A DNA stretch of 63,118 nucleotides, counting the filler, from Collodictyon triciliatum (Eukaryota), in NCBI GenBank assembly GCA_043381765.1. It is 13 parts of 13 records of this genome, joined end to end, with 100 filler letters (N's around TTAATTAATTAA, not from the genome) between each part and the next. Parts side by side here need not be neighbours in the genome. Positions count along the whole stretch, not along the records: positions 34,057 to 38,818 come from JBHJMP010005782.1; positions 38,919 to 43,681 come from JBHJMP010005783.1; positions 43,782 to 48,543 come from JBHJMP010005784.1; positions 48,644 to 53,404 come from JBHJMP010005785.1; 9 more parts are not named here. The stretch is one strand, 5' to 3'. Positions 37,698 through 50,699 of the stretch are shown in pieces. Position numbers and translations under genes: made by a program. The notes below the pieces were generated by a model, which was not told where the DNA came from, did not search any database, and was given only the letters and a program-made list of their open reading frames with translations. Within the stretch, counting starts at the first letter, position 1. Each line of letters starts with the position of its first letter.

Positions 37698-38783
37698 TCA
37701 TTCGCTTCCACCAAACATTTGAACACGGTGATTGATATAATCGCAAACATAGAGCTTCTGATTCGGTCCAAAGCAGATTCCCATCGAGCTATTAAAGTGT
37801 CCATCTTTTGATGATGATTGCGGGGATGTGCCGAACGTATGAATATCAAAGTTGTCTTTTGTCGAGTCGTATACGCGGATGTGATGATTGTTGCATTCAC
37901 TCACCACAATTGTGTTGTTTGGACCTTCTGCAATCGAAACATAGTCCGACACTTTGTTAATCTCCCCCATGCGCAGAAATACTCCCATCGCATCATAAAC
38001 ATTGATTTTGTCTCCGCTGTGAACAATCACACACACACACACTTCGCTCTTTGAAGTCACACAAATATCTTCGGGTTTTGCGATTCCTTTCTCTTGCAAA
38101 GTTGACTCTGCAAATGAACGTTCATACTCAAATACCCGGTTGAACTTCTCCACTTGATTCTTGCCACAGTTTGCAACATAAAGATTGCCTTCGCTGTCGA
38201 AGCACATATTATATGGATTAGTGAACCCCCCAAAGTCACTCGATGCTGTGCTTTGTGCGCTTCTTTTGCGGCCCGATTCAATAGTATCAATCACATTGAA
38301 GTTGTCATCAAATATTTACAAACGATTTCCACTACACTCACCAACAGCGATGCGCCCATCAAGTGAAATAGCGATTCCGATTGGATAACTGAATTGACCG
38401 GGGCCTGAACCATTTGTGCCGAACGTGCGATAAAAGCTCAAATCCTCGTTCAGCACTTGAACACGATGGTTACCGAAATCAACAACGAATATCTGCTTTG
38501 TCTTTGGATGTACAGCAATTCCCCACGGACAATTAAATTGATGATTTCCGCTTCCCTGTGACCCGACCTTCTTCTGAAAAATATAGTCTCTGATGTTGTG
38601 TCTCCACGCCTTCTGGTACAAGTCCACCCCCATTCCCTTCTTTTCTTCCTCCGCCTTTGCAATCCGCTCCTTCTCTACATGGTACTCCTCCACTTTGTCT
38701 TCCAACTCTCTCATCTGCTTCTCTCTCTCCTCCATGCGTCTCTGCCACTCTGCGTTTTCCCTTCGAAGCTCTTCCAACTCCAA
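37698..38783 (-). pseudogene. Coiled-coil + NHL-repeat protein with a single in-frame TAA (38316-38318)
   Basis: GSQGSGNHQFNCPWGIAV, GSGPGQFSYPIGIAISLDGRIAVGECSGNRL*IFD, VCDYINHRVQMF; the two listed ORFs are in the same frame. Confidence 0.8.
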
Positions 38784-40303
38784 CCCGCACTTTGCGTGGA
38801 TTTCCTTCGTCGTCTGTGNNNNNNNNNNNNNNNNNNNNNNNNNNNNNNNNNNNNNNNNNNNNTTAATTAATTAANNNNNNNNNNNNNNNNNNNNNNNNNN
38901 NNNNNNNNNNNNNNNNNNGAAAAAAAAAAAGAAAAAAGAAAAAAGAAAAAAGAAACAAAGAAAAAAGAAAAAAGAAAGAAGTAAAAAGAAAAAAAGAAAA
39001 AAAGAAAAAAAGAAAAAAAGAAAAAAAGAAAAAAAGAAAAAAAGAAAAAAAGAAAAATGAAAAATGAAAACAGTGAAAAAGAAAAGTAAAACTAAAAAAA
39101 AAACTTGAAACACAATGACAAAGAGGAGGTAAGGATGGGGGTGTGGGATAGACATTTAAATAAGAGTTTCCCTTTTAGTCGCCCGCCTACAACCGATCAA
39201 GGTACTTGGCCATAAAGACACACCGGGACTCGAACATGCTATCCGCCTTTGTTGCAGAAGAAGGCTACCCAGCAAAACCAGGGCAGGCAAATCTCGATAC
39301 AATTGATATGGTATATTTTGTATAGTGGCACAGTCAAAAATAAAAAAATTATGATAATAATAATTGGGATGGGGGAATCAGATGGAGATTTCGGGCTCGG
39401 TCAACAACATCCAAGCTGGTTTGCGTAATGGTCACCTCTCAGGGTACTCACTCTTGCCACATGTGTACCATACACAAATTGTTGGCGAGACACACGATTC
39501 TGTATAGCATTCGCCATATGCAGACCTTGTATTGTCCCCTGAGTGAACCATATATGTATGCACAATGAACAATCTGGGCGGCTAGCGGAATAGCAAACCT
39601 CTAAAGACAATTCATTTATTTTCCGGATATGGCATCCATGTATAAACCAAATAGGAAACTGAACGCTATTCACGGATTTTGTTAAGTTTTTTATAGTCAG
39701 TCCATTTTTCCAAACGAAACAAAACACCACAACAAACAAAACAAAACAAAACAAAACAAAACAAAACAAAACAAAACAAAACCACAACAAACAAAACAAA
39801 ACAAAACAAAACAAAACAAAACAAAACAAAACAAAACAAAACAAAACAAAACAAAACAGAACTGAGTATATGAGCCTAAAAGAACGAACTGATGGATTGG
39901 GTTCGTAAATGGTATGGCAATCAAACAAATCAGTTTGGTTCTGTTTGCTGTCAGCGGATTGCAGCTCCTGGCAGGTGAACCGAGGAAAAGATTGCACGAA
40001 ATAGTTGACTATTAGGACAATCGCACATGTGAATGAAAATTACTCAAAATCTTGTTACTTACATTACCTTAACAGATTGATTTTGGTTTTGATTTTGATA
40101 TGATATGATATGATATGTTTTTCTTTTTCTTTTATCAGATAAGCTGACCTTATCAAATTTATGGACTCATCATTTTATTGATTTATTACGGACCGCTTAT
40201 AAGTAGAACTAAGCAAAGCACTTCCATTCGCACTTACATCCTTTAAAAAATGCACGAGTCATTTCTGAGGCTATTTAGTTCCTAACCCGGACAAAATCAT
40301 AGA

Positions 40304-40942
40304 ATGCCAGAGCACCCGCCACCATCGGAATCCGTCTGGATTGTCTGGCTGGCTGTTTTTTTATCGACGGCAGAGACTGTTATAAAAATTTCGGGCTGGA
40401 TAATAAACATCTTTGTGATTAGCACGACCATCGAGGATGTCGAGGGCGAGAGCCATTACATTGTCATTTATTCCTCCCACTCTTATTCAATCAAAGTGTT
40501 CGACCAACCAGGCGGAAATCTCCTCGCTGATACCGAAACCAATTATGCCAACTGTGCAGTTGAGTGGTGCGACAGCATCAAAAACCCAGCAGCAGTCGCT
40601 GGGTCGTTGTTTATAGTCTCGTGGATCCTATCGAATCTTTTCTGGGTAGCTTTGTTATGGGTAAGTATCAAAAAAAACTACAGTAAAATCCTTCCGTTGG
40701 TGTCTGTGACTGCCATATCTGTCGTCCTTGCCCTTGCTGGGTTAGTCAATTGGCTTGTCAACGGGCATCCCAATGTTCCAGATTATGTACCCGATGCTAT
40801 TGGCAATCCCGCAGTAGAAGCTCTAGACCGAGAAGTGTCAACCAAGTTTTCCATCACAATCATCTTGTCCATCACGACCCTCGTAATTCAAGCTCTGTTG
40901 TTGTGGCTAGTTCCCACCGCACACAAAAGGCTCAATGAATAG
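40304..40942 (+). CDS. Intronless four-TM membrane protein, claudin/PMP22-like topology
   Basis: Four hydrophobic segments, a long first loop with a Cys pair (CAVEWC), ATG start; family not identified. Confidence 0.6.
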   Translation: MPEHPPPSESVWIVWLAVFLSTAETVIKISGWIINIFVISTTIEDVEGESHYIVIYSSHSYSIKVFDQPGGNLLADTETNYANCAVEWCDSIKNPAAVAGSLFIVSWILSNLFWVALLWVSIKKNYSKILPLVSVTAISVVLALAGLVNWLVNGHPNVPDYVPDAIGNPAVEALDREVSTKFSITIILSITTLVIQALLLWLVPTAHKRLNE

Positions 40943-41607
40943 AACGGCTACTTTCTTGACTTTACATATATTTATATTCATACCTCTTCATCTCTAAAAA
41001 CAAGTTCGCAAACACAAGTTCGCAAAAGACTGCTTTTTGAGTCTTCCTATAATTTTTTTTTTAAAAAAAAAAAAATCCATAAATTAATGCATATCAAATT
41101 GGCTTGGTTTAACTAAACACTTTATCATTTTTCTCGTATCTTATTCATCTAAACACTTCTGATAAAACAAACCCGTGCTTATGTATTCTGCCGCCGTACC
41201 GGTGGTCAGTAACTTTTTATGATTCTTTTTTTTTTCAATAAAATATGTGTGCAGTCCTATACCGGAAATAAAATAATGCACAGGTTCCATTTACTTCGGT
41301 AGTATGTGCATATCTACCTCAATCGGCTTGGTAGAATTATAAGAGTCTTCATGAAGTATACAAATCATCAGTCGCCTCACTTGAAGTTTAATTATGAAAA
41401 CAAAAGGAGGAAACCAACACAAACAGTGCATTTTTATTCTTATTTTTTATCTTTAAACATTATTTTCTGTTTTTTTTTTTAATATGATGAGCTGTTGATT
41501 CTGAAGTGCTGTGACTATCTCATGTTTGACTGTATTGACAAGGAAGGGGAAAAAAGTAGATGAAGAATATAACGAGTCCATTTATCAGCGATAAATCACA
41601 TAAGATA

Positions 41608-41703
<96 letters not shown>

Positions 41704-41714
41704 AAATAGATAGC

Positions 41715-43560
<1,846 letters not shown>

Positions 43561-44085
43561 GGGCAAATGAAAGCAAAATAGTGACAAAAACAAAAACAAA
43601 AACAAAAACAAAAACAAAAACAAAAACAAAAACAAAAACAAAAACAAAAACAAAAACAAAAACAAAAACAAAAACAAAAACNNNNNNNNNNNNNNNNNNN
43701 NNNNNNNNNNNNNNNNNNNNNNNNNTTAATTAATTAANNNNNNNNNNNNNNNNNNNNNNNNNNNNNNNNNNNNNNNNNNNNAGAATAGAAAGAATAGAAA
43801 GAATAGAAAGAATAGAAAGAATAGAAAGAATAGAAAGAATAGAAAGAATAGAAAGAATAGAAAGAATAGAAAGAATAGAAAGAAAAAGAAAAAGGAAAAA
43901 GAAAAAGGAAAAAGAAAAAGGAAAAAGAAAAAGGAAAAAGAAAAAGGAAAAAGAAAAAGAAAAAAAGATGGAAAATCGTCACCTTTTTCAGATTCAAAAA
44001 CACGACCTAACACAAGTCCACTTTCTTTTAATGTTCTTTGTCTTTTTCTCCCTGCGGTGCCTTCCCCTTCCTCCATGTTTGTGAA

Positions 44086-44117
<32 letters not shown>

Positions 44118-44171
44118 CGGGCTGGGCTGGGCTGGGCTGGGCTTGGGCTTGGGTGGGGTTGGGGGCCGCAG

Positions 44172-45498
44172 GTTGGAGATCACGGAGGAGCAGCTGGAGG
44201 AGATGCGTGGGCACCTGGACGACATCAACTTCGAGGTTGCGGAGGCGCAGGAGCGGATTGTGCGGCACGACGTGATGGCGCACGTGCACGCGTTCGGGGT
44301 GCAGTGCCCGAAGGCCAAAGGGATCATCCACCTGGGGGCGACGAGCTGCTACGTGGGGGACAACACGGACCTGATCCAGCTGCGGGACGGCTGCCGGCTG
44401 GTGGAGCGGAAGCTGGGGGAGCTGGTGCGGGTGCTGGCGGAGTGGTGTGTGGCGCACAAGAGCCACGCGACGCTGGGATTCACGCACTTCCAGCCGGCGC
44501 AGCTGGTGACGGTGGGCAAGCGGGGTGCGCTGTGGCTGCAGGACCTGTGCATGGACCTGGAGGACCTGCGGGCGGTGCGCGCGTCGCTGCCGTTTCTGGG
44601 GGTGAAGGGCACGACGGGGACGCAGGCGTCGTTTGTGGAGCTGTTTGGGGGCGACGAGGCCAAGGTGCGGGCGCTGGAGGAGCGCGTGACGCGGCGCATG
44701 GGCTTTGCGCGCGTGGTGGGCGTGGCCGGGCAGACGTACACGCGCAAGATCGACGAGCGCGTGGTCAGCGTGCTGTCGCGCGTGGCGCAGAGCGCGCACA
44801 AGGCGGCCACCGACATGCGGCTGCTGATGCACCTGCGCGAGGTGGAGGAGCCGTTCGGGGCGCACCAGATCGGGTCCAGCGCCATGGCCTACAAGCGCAA
44901 CCCCATGCGGTGCGAGCGCGTGTGCTCGCTGGCCCGCTTCGTCATCGCGCTGCACGCAAACACGGCGCACACGCACGCCAACCAGTGGATGGAACGCACC
45001 CTCGACGACTCCGCCAACCGCCGCCTGACCCTGCCGCAGGCCTTCCTCGCCGTCGACGCCATCCTCGCGCTCCTCACAAACGTCCTGGGCCACGCGCAGG
45101 TCTGGCCCCACGTCATCCGCCGCCACGTGCTGGAGGAGCTGCCCTTCATGGCCTCCGAGAACATCCTCATGGCTGCCGTCAAGGCCGGCGGCGACCGCCA
45201 GGTCCTGCACGAGGCCATCCGCGCCCACGCCATGCACGCCGCCCGCAGGGTCAAGGACGAGGGCGCCCCCAACGACCTGCTCGACCGCATCCGCGCCGAC
45301 CCCCTCTTCGCCGCCGTCCTCCACAGGCTCGACGACCTGCTCGACCCCGCACACTTCATCGGCCGCTGCCCCGCCCAGGTCGACGACTTTGTCCGCGACG
45401 TCGCCCTCCCGCTCGTCGCCCTCGTCCACGCAGACAACGACGCCGACCCCGCCGCCCGCGCCCCGCACACCTCCGCCGACGAGACCGTCCGCGTCTGA
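44172..45498 (+). CDS. ADSL: Adenylosuccinate lyase (eukaryotic type); N-terminal exon(s) not on this contig
   Basis: RHDVMAHVHAF, IIHLGATSCYVGDNTDLI, TLGFTHFQPAQLVTVGKR, GVKGTTGTQASF, QIGSSAMAYKRNPMRCER; acceptor CAG at 44169-44171. Confidence 0.97.
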
Positions 45499-45624
45499 GG
45501 CCCCTCCAACCCCGGCGCCTTTCCCGCCTTTCCTTGCCCCTTCGCCCCTCCAATAAACACCCCCCTCGATCTCAATCTCGACTCCAACCCTTCCCGATTC
45601 TCCCTCCTCCCCCCCTTTTTCCCT

Positions 45625-46326
45625 ATGCAAAGACCCTCAGTGCGCGCTGGTCTTGCGAAAGCCCCAACTGGCAACGCGAAAGCCCCAACTGGTGTTGCGA
45701 AAGCCCCAACTGGCAACGCCAAAGCCCCGGCTGGTCTGTCGACACAACAGCTGGGACCCCAGGTACCTGCCCGATCCGCTCGTGTGCCGAAAGCTGCTGT
45801 TGGTGCTGCCAGTGCGGCCCCCACCCGCGTGGGTCGTCCGGCCTCTCGTCCGGAGAGCGCGTTGCCCAGGAAGAAGCCGCTTTGCTTCTTTGTTGTGGTT
45901 GCAGAGGAGATCCTGGTATGTGGACTCTTTGCTCCTGGCTTGCCAGCTGCTCTGCCTCCTCCTCTTCTGTGGGGCTTCGGCTCCTTTACTCATCTTCAAT
46001 TCTCATCCTGTTATCTATCTAGCTGAAAATATTTCAATACTTGGATATACTGGAGTTGCTCCGCATACAACGAGTCTGCTATCGATTCTACAGAGTATCG
46101 AGCGATAGGTGCATATGGAGCCCGTTGTATGATGCATACATCGAAAAGGGTATTTTGCCAAAGCGAATCCCCACTTATCAACCGGATATGCCCCATACAT
46201 CTTTGTTTCGTGGTATCTATGATCGTGCAAGGCTATCCAAGCTTCGAGAGATCTTGGTTTGATTCCCTCTATTTTATTTAACATCTTATTTCCTCTTCTT
46301 CTCTCTCTCTTACACAGAGACATAGC

Positions 46327-46425
<99 letters not shown>

Positions 46426-48275
46426 TTCTTCACACTCTTTTTGCGTTTCATCAAAAAAACATTTTATTATTATTATTATTATTTCTAAATATCATTTTCC
46501 ATTGATATAGGTTTCTAGATTTTTTTTTAAAAAAAGAAAAAATAATATAATAATATATCGCTAGATGTATTCATTCGAATAATTTATCTCAAACAAACAC
46601 AAGCACCAACATCAATTAATACCGTACACGCATAAAAGAAAAAATTGAAAATTGAAAATTGAAAATTGAAAATTGAAAATTGAAAATTGAAAATTGAAAA
46701 TTGAAAATTGAAAATTGAAAATTGAAAATTGAAAAATGAAAAATGAAAAAAATGAAAAAGATTAAGAAAAGAAGAAACCAAATGAAATCCAAAGGACTAT
46801 TTTTTTCATAAATATTCTCTTTTTTTTTCAAAACAAACAAACAAATTATACTAGCCCCTCCGTCGAGACACAAACACTTCAACGCAAACCTCTCATGGAA
46901 TACCTGCTGAAGACAGAAGGCAAACCCAAACAAGATCGCTAGAAAGGTTCCAGTTGTGCCGTGGAATTCGTATAACCTGCGAGCTGTTTATTGGAACCGG
47001 CGCTGGAGTAACTAAACAACTCACGCCTTTGGCATCTGGTTTCGAATTTTGTCCATTCTTTGTTTTGAGTCATAAACTTGGTCCCGAAAAAAAGCATGTT
47101 GGTGTTTCAAGTAGAGTCGGCATCACCACAGGGTCCATCAAACGCATCCAGATTCGACCAGTGGCAAAATATGCTCCTTACGGTGAAAATCACGTTATCT
47201 TCGACACCCCTATTATGAACCTAAACATAGGACCCAGTGATCCACGAACCACCAAAACCCTCTCAACAGATAACGATTGGTATTGCATTTCCACAGACCA
47301 AACACTCTCCTTGATGCTTGCTTGTGGCGGTCGGTTGCTCTTCGGGATTTGGTCAGACTCTGAAATACCAACACAGAGGAATTTTCAACCGCATATTGGA
47401 AACTCAAACATGTCATGGAATGGTGATGCTCGAAGGCTGGCATTTATACAGCCCCTCATCCACCCACAAGATTTGCTGGATTGGGTCCATCGCCACCTTT
47501 GGCCTGAATCTCCATTTCAATCAGTCGCATTGAGTCGAGGATTATCTCATACAGACACTTTATATATTTGCATACGATGGGGCGGTGTTATGTCCGTATC
47601 GTCAACAACATCTTTGAAATCATCCTCTTCACAAATACTTGCTCAGTCTTCAAGCTCCCAACACTCCACCCCATTACTGAACATATCCTTTAGACTCATA
47701 CGAGCAGACGTTCAGACGCCATCATCCCATAGCCAAAACGCTTTATTCAAGTCAAAATTTCTCACTGGCTCTGTTTATTACCTCGTTCATCCAAATTCGA
47801 TGAAGGCAACCCCACGACTGAGTCGGCCCATCCCTTCATACGACTGGACCAATGGCCTCATCCACGGTTCAATTCGACACGCAGGACTCATTCACGTCAC
47901 GGCCTGGGACCCTTACAAATCTGAGGTTTTTCCATTGGTCATAACTTTTATTATTTAGCTTACTTTCACTTTGTTATAATTCTAGTCTCTCATGCTCTCT
48001 GGTGTTTCTGAACTCCAACTAAACACACATACCTCTTTCTTTTTCCTTCAAAAAAAAAACATTTACATAATTTAATCATTGTGATGTTAAAAACGTATTA
48101 ATTCCGTGTCATATACTTATTTCAGCCCGTATGTTCATTCGTGAGGCTCCTATCTCCATCAAACCACAAGCAAGACTGTGACGCGATATCGTACTTTCTT
48201 GCAGATCGGTTCTTTGAGTTTGGGGCTGTCGTACACTCCGATGCAAACGAGTCCTCTGTTCGTGAGATGTTCCTG
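45625..48275 (+). CDS. F-box protein with low-complexity N-terminus, multi-exon; 3' end approximate
   Basis: Splicing ~45916 to ~46023 yields VAEEIL/LKIFQYLDILELLRIQRVCYRFYRVSSDRCIWSPLY (F-box consensus); large downstream exon includes ORF 46954-47958. Confidence 0.7.
45655..45734 (+). repeat. 21-nt coding tandem repeat x4 (AKAPTGN/V)
   Basis: GCGAAAGCCCCAACTGG core repeated with a period of 21 nt. Confidence 0.9.
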
Positions 48276-50699
48276 AAACTGCCCAATTAATCTTCGCCCG
48301 TCATCGCCACAGCCCTTCTCGTGCCGGAAGGTTTCATAAACATATTCTATTCCCCATGGCCCATCTCCATCCAGCGAACCCGGAATTCTTTTGCTACAGA
48401 AAGGGATGACGTACTGTGGTTGAACAAAGCAGATATTCACGCTAAGATAAAAATAAAAATAAAAATAAAAATAAAAATAAAAATAAAAATAAAAATAAAA
48501 ATAAAAATAAAAATAAAAATAAAAATAAAAATAAAAATAAAAANNNNNNNNNNNNNNNNNNNNNNNNNNNNNNNNNNNNNNNNNNNNTTAATTAATTAAN
48601 NNNNNNNNNNNNNNNNNNNNNNNNNNNNNNNNNNNNNNNNNNNGTTTTTTAATTTTTTCGTTTTTTTTCTTCTTTTGTTTTTTTTTTTTTTTTTTTTTTT
48701 CTTTTTTTCTTCCTTTTTTTTTTTTGGCAGCGCGGTTGTGTGCAGAAATAAGCGCTTGTTGGACTAAACGATATGTTGGGAACGAGCCGAATGTAACAGC
48801 AAATTGATATATAAACTGCTGCTGAACTACATTCAAACCTGTAATTTTGATGCCTTTCAGAATTTAACGCATAAAATTGGGACACTTTACTATTATTCTA
48901 TATTTCCCACAATCGTAATTAGCACGTCTAAATATGGCCACAGTCCATCCAGGGAGGAATGCGGGAATTGGGGGCTCGTTAAGATACCTTTTTTTTTTCT
49001 TCAAATGCACGGCGATAAGCGAAAAGTTGCGAGAATAAAACAAAATACTAAGATTACAAACGAGAGAAGATACCTGCGGAAATAATCCATAAAAATGAGT
49101 AATAGGCATCCCCTGTAATACATTCCATCGCACTTAAAGAACCCGGAAGCTTGGATGGGCAGGGATAAAGACCGCAAAGGTAAGTAGCACACAATAGAAT
49201 TGTGCTCTGTGGAACCCTTTAAATCTAGTTGATGGGACTTCCTAGCATTATTATGGAAGACTCAGGCCCGGGGACATCTGCTGGGAAATAAGAGTCCTAT
49301 TCATCCTTCTAAAGATCCGTCTTCTGCAGGAAAGGTTGTATTTGCTTTTGGAGTTGTCTTTTTGGGGAGGAGATGAGTGGCGTTTCATATAAAAACGACC
49401 AAAAATTAAAATAAATATAAATGGAATGCTATTGTATCATTATTCGCCCTGATAATATATTTGTGGGTGCATCACGTAGGTCGCAGAAGGGATATTCAAT
49501 TTGGGACAACGCTCAAATATACTCTCGAGAGGCAGAATCATTTTATTCAATTCAATATATAAAAATCTAAAATCTATAAATGGATGAATAAGAATGAAAA
49601 ATTAAAGTCTATTATATATATTTAACAAATCCTCTGTGGGTCTCCACTCCTGAAACTCTGCAGGTAAGCACGCTTTTGATGAATCGGTGTTTTTCAAAGA
49701 ATCCAGAGGGAACTCAGGTAGCCCAAATGCTTTGGTTGGGACAGGATATCAGAAAATTCTCATCAGGGTATTTGTGATAATTCCGCAGTATCACTTCAGC
49801 TTCTGATTCAAAAAAATCAGAAAAGGATATTGGCCAAGATGAAGACGCACCTGGAATGATACATCAACAAATCACATACAAAGAAAGCGGAGAGGCAGAA
49901 ACATCGTCCAAGTCGTCTTCACAGAAAAGTGACTGCTCCAAATCGACAATCATCACAAAAACAGTGGCTTCAGATAAGTCAAATCTTGACAGGAATACCT
50001 TTAAAGAGAGGGAAGGTGAATATATGAAAGAAGTCCGATATTACACAAGCAATCTTACATTGACATTGTAATGTAAATCAAATATATTCCTTCGTTCCCG
50101 ATAGAAACATGCCATAATATAGGCCCTATGTTTTTTCACATCCAATGAGATAACATTAACCACTATATATTAAGAGTGGTTGTTTTGGATGATGATTCAT
50201 CTTATTAATAATTCGAGCGATATAATTACTACCACAGACGTTGAATTTCAAATATTATCCAGCGACAACAAAAAACTGGCACCTCTGGATTGGAAAAAGT
50301 AAGCAGCTTAAGGAATCAATTTGTTATTTTGTTTTAAAAAAATTATCCTACCGTATTTTATCACTTTATTTGTAATTATTCAAAAGTACAATTTATTTGT
50401 GGCATTGACCAAGACAAAGGGTAAGAGAGAGGGATGATTTTCGCCGCCTGGAACCTCCAGACCCGCATCCACCCAGGTTTCGGCAGCGCTCATATGATTC
50501 ATTAGTTAATATCACCGAAACATTGAGAAGGGAGACACAGCAGGTTATCATAAACATACTTTGACGAATACTTGGTGCTTACAAACGAAAATTTAATCAA
50601 AATCAATAATCTATTACCAATGAACTGTTTCTTACAACCATAATGATATTTAAGTTCGTATGATTATTACATTGTTTACAAGACAATTTACTTTCATCA

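Noticed and set aside
38316-38318. TAA/TAG reassignment to Gln (ciliate-type code)
   Set aside because: SmE (TAG), CHIP (TAA) and AKR (TAA) stop at their expected C-termini, and long ORFs (921, 381, 353 aa) have no in-frame TAR codons
39215-39245. GTTCGAGTCC B-box-like motif on the minus strand, suggesting a tRNA or SINE
   Set aside because: No T-stem pairing or cloverleaf can be formed
43726-46022. Long overlapping or antisense ORFs (634, 572, 311 aa) over ADSL, and similar ones over 22579-24058 and 12663-13538
   Set aside because: Shadow ORFs caused by high GC and codon bias on the real coding strand; low-complexity R/G/A/P translations
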